64,000 nt of DNA from Octopus sinensis. Lineage: Eukaryota. Shown one piece after another: positions 60,629 to 64,000 of the stretch. Position 1 is the first letter of the stretch; each line of letters opens with the position of its first letter. Below the pieces are notes generated by a model. The model searched no databases. It saw nothing but the letters and a program-made list of their open reading frames with translations, and was not told the origin of the DNA. The position numbers and the translations under genes were made by a program. The stretch lies in contig NC_043005.1 in assembly GCF_006345805.1 (NCBI RefSeq), positions 101,184,001-101,248,000 of the forward strand. The letters run 5' to 3'.

Positions 60629-61031
60629 TACGATGGGCTTCTTTCAGTTTCCATCAACCAAATCCACTCACAACCTGTAGTCGAGCAAATCGACCCCAGG
60701 ACTTAGTCTTTGTAAGCCTAGTACTTGTTCTATCAGTCTCTTTTGCCAAACCACTAAGTTACGGGGACATAAGCACACCAGCATCAGTTGTCAAGCAATG
60801 TTGGGGAGACAAACACAGACACACAAACTTATACACACACACACACACATATATATACACATACACACGACGGGCTTCTTTCAGTTTCCATCTACCAAAT
60901 CAACCCACAAGGCTTTAGTCGGCCCGAGGCTATAGTAGAAGACACTTGCCCAAGGTGCCACACAGTGGGACTGAACCCAGAACCATGTGGTTGGTAAGCA
61001 AGCTACTTACCACACAGCCACTCCTACGCCT
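60361..61031 (-). mobile_element. Tandem SINE-A dimer (one copy headless)
   Basis: Junction ccactcacaacctg|tagtcgagc at about 60677. Confidence 0.9.
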
Positions 61032-61039
61032 ATAAAAAG

Positions 61040-61275
61040 AAAAGTTTTGTTCTATCTTTGAGAGTCATTATGCCAACAATAACACATGCACAGTTTCAAT
61101 TCCACTTCTTTACTATTAGTTAATTGGTTTGATATGTAATCAGCTAATTAACTGATAATGAATAATTGATTAGTTAGTTGATGAGATATCTAACCAATTG
61201 ACTTATAATAAAGAGGAATTGCACCTGTGCCTGTGTTGTTATCGGTGCAATGACCCTCCCAACAAACAGCAAAAT
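61040..61275. mobile_element. MITE with ~55-bp TIRs, copy 2
   Basis: gagagtcattatgccaacaataacacatgcacag versus ctgtgcctgtgttgttatcggtgcaatgaccctcccaacaaaca. Confidence 0.7.
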
Positions 61276-61376
61276 TTGTTTCAACACAAGATTACACATC
61301 AGGACTCTTACAAACCAAATACAAGAACAAAAAAAAAAGAAAAGATGTAGGTAGAAATATAAGTAAATTATTCACA

Positions 61377-61513
61377 AGGTGCAGAAGTGGCTGTGTGGTA
61401 AGAAGCTTGCTTGCCAACCACATGGTTTCAGGTTCAGTCCCACTTTGTGGTACTATGGGCCAATCAAAGCCTTGTGAGTGGATTTAGTAGACAGAAACTG
61501 AAAGAAGCCCATC

Positions 61514-61555
<42 letters not shown>

Positions 61556-61775
61556 AAAAGAGAGAGAGAAATGTATGTGTTTGTCCTTCTATCATAATTT
61601 GGCAACTGATGTTGGTGTGTTTACATCCCTCTAACTTAGCAGTTTGGCAAAGGGGTCCGATAGAATAAGTACTAGGCTTACAAAGAATAAGTCCTGGGGT
61701 TGATTTGCTCGACTAAAGGCGGTGCTCCAGCATGGCCACAGTCAAATGATTGAAACAAGTAAAAGAATAAGAGAA
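61377..61775 (+). mobile_element. SINE-A
   Basis: aggtgcagaagtggctgtgtggtaag...gaaacaagtaaaagaataag. Confidence 0.9.
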
Positions 61776-62111
61776 TAAATTTTTCTAGGAAAGAGAAACT
61801 GCAAACAAAATTTAAAAGTAATTAGTTTATATATATAATTTATTATGCAAAACCTAAATCCTTTTAGATATACCTAAGATTTTGTTGTTATGCTTACACT
61901 TCACCCTGCTGATGACATTCAGTACATCAAACATATATCTGAATAATTGACGATGTTAATTTAGTGACAGACAGCCACCTATTAGAAAAGAAACACATTT
62001 TTGAAACATTCAATTTTCTTTTTAAATACTTAATTACTTTATTAATCATTCTACGTGTATGTATAGGGACCTTTTGACAATTAGTGGCTTCAGTAAATAT
62101 ATATATATGAA

Positions 62112-62341
62112 TGGTGAGCTGGCAGAAACAGTAGCACGCCGGGCGAACTGCGTAGCCGTATTTCGTCTGCCGTTACGTTCTGAGTGCAAATTCTGCTGAG
62201 GTCGACTTTGCCTTTCATCCTTTCGGGGTCAATATATTAAGTACCAGTTACACACTAGGGTCGATGTAATCGACTCAATCCGTCTGTCTGTCCTTGTTTG
62301 TCTCCTCTGTGTTTAGCCCCTTGTGGGTAGTAAAGAAATAT
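62112..62341 (+). mobile_element. SINE-B
   Basis: ggtgagctggcagaaacagtagcacgccgggcg...ccttgtgggtagtaaagaaata. Confidence 0.9.
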
Positions 62342-62449
62342 ATATGAATGTATACATATACATAGAAACATACACATACATATGCACACATATATACATG
62401 CATATACACATACATACACTCACACATGCATACACACAAACAGATACAG

Positions 62450-62480
<31 letters not shown>

Positions 62481-62605
62481 ATATATATAAGTATATATAT
62501 ATTCATACACACACGTACACATACACACATATACACACACGTGTGTGTGCATGTATTATACTACTTTTTGCCATAACTTGTAAATTATTTCACTCACATT
62601 TGTAT

Positions 62606-62677
<72 letters not shown>

Positions 62678-62687
62678 TATATACACA

Positions 62688-63938
62688 CAGGATGCGTAAG
62701 TTATTTGAGGACAAATGTTATTTTTACTATAGCAGCATATTTAGCAACTTAATATTTTCTGTCTTTCAGAATTACCAATGGCAGATTCCTATGATTACAC
62801 AAGAAATGAAAAGTCATGCAGTCATCATGGCTATAAAGGCTGAACATAGCAATTTAGAAATAGCATGATTTTTAAAAGTCGCTAAATCCTTCGTCTACAA
62901 AATTCGCAAGGAGTTAGAAGCTAAAGATGGAAATATATCACTAGTGTCAAAACGTAAGAAACATTGTAGATGCACTGATACTGTTAGAATACCAGAGTTT
63001 ATTCAACACATAAAGTAGACCATTGAAGACAATTCCAGAAGATCCAAGAGGCTGATTGCAAAAGAACAGCACGTGTCAGAAGTAACAATCTGAAATGTTG
63101 TCCACAAATCTTATGCGATGAGAAAAGGTCATTTCATGTCAGAAACAGGGAAAGGAAATCGCTTAATCAGATCTAAAAGACTCCTGAACAAGCTTAAAAA
63201 TCCGCAGAAGAAGATGTCATTTGGTTCTTCTCAGACGAGGAGAAAAACTTTGATCAAGATCAGAAAGAAAACAGAAGAAATGACAAGTGGCTATGTACAG
63301 ACCCTTTGGAAGCTCCAAGAATAATGCATACAAAATTTCCTGCAACTGTCATGGTTTTGGGGGTTGCCTGCAATGAAAGACATGTGATGCCTCCTCATTT
63401 CTTTCCACAAGGTCTTCAAGCAAACTCTGCTGCCTACATAGATGTTCTGAATAGAGTGGTTAAGCCATGGATCGATAACGTATGCAACGGAAGACCTTAG
63501 GTGTTTCAACAAGACTCAGCATCATCACACAAGGCTACAGCAATGCAGGAATGGATGGCAGAAAATTTTCATGACCATATAAATCCCAACATTTGGCCTC
63601 CTAGCTCCCCAGATCTCAATCCTTTGGATTACTATGTATGGAGTGTAGTTGAGGAAGAGATTAATGAGCACCCTCATAGCACCAAAGAATCCCTAAAAGC
63701 TTCCATAGTCAGGGTAAAGTTCATTATGAACACAGACCACTTGATCCTAGCATGGAAGCAATTCAAACCTCACATAGAAGCCATTATTGAAGTTGAAGTA
63801 GATTTTATTGAATAAAATGATGAAACAATGTTTATTCTTATCTTCAAAACCTTTTTCAGTAAAAAGGCATTATTGTCTGTTTTTAAGAGTCATTCTTGTG
63901 TAAGTGTATAACTGTCTTCAAATACCTCCTGCACCCTG
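62688..63938 (+). mobile_element. Full-length defective Tc1/mariner of the DD37D (maT-like) group
   Basis: Imperfect TIRs CAGGATGCGTAAGTTATTTGAGGACA / TGTCTTCAAATACCTCCTGCACCCTG-TA. ORF pieces TKFPATVMVLG, FQQDSASSH and WPPSSPDLNPLDYYVW; I count 37 residues between the QQD Asp and the PLD Asp. Confidence 0.9.
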
Positions 63939-64000
63939 TATGTATACAGACAAGCTGGCCCTCCACCAGATATATAGAGAGAGACACATATGTGCACACG

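Overview
AT-rich (SINE/LINE/MITE/microsatellite-dense) eukaryotic non-genic DNA. The tRNA-derived SINE families and the very long (AT)n/(CA)n/(GA)n tracts point to an Octopus genome (inference from sequence style; not database-verified). I could not identify any host protein-coding exon. Every recognisable protein-like ORF is transposon-derived: an R4/Dong-type RLE LINE 3' end, a Tx1/L1-type LINE 3' half, many RTE LINE 3' ends, CR1/L2-type remnants, Penelope-like (PLE) remnants, two copies of a mariner, and a DD37D Tc1/mariner. Most other ORFs in the track are microsatellite artefacts. Four recurring tRNA-headed SINE types are labelled here SINE-A, -B, -D and -E. The most interesting feature is at 52839-53367: a ~510 bp palindrome made of two head-to-head tRNA-derived SINE units. 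Each arm carries a minimal type I hammerhead ribozyme motif of the kind found in Penelope-like elements, suggesting a Pol III SINE mobilised by PLE machinery. Other items worth checking: a second, unrelated hammerhead-like motif, a pre-miRNA-like hairpin, a Merlin-like MITE family with 8-bp TSDs and internal TTAGGG repeats, and TAA-microsatellite-targeted elements. Coordinates of degenerate repeats are approximate (about +/-20 bp).
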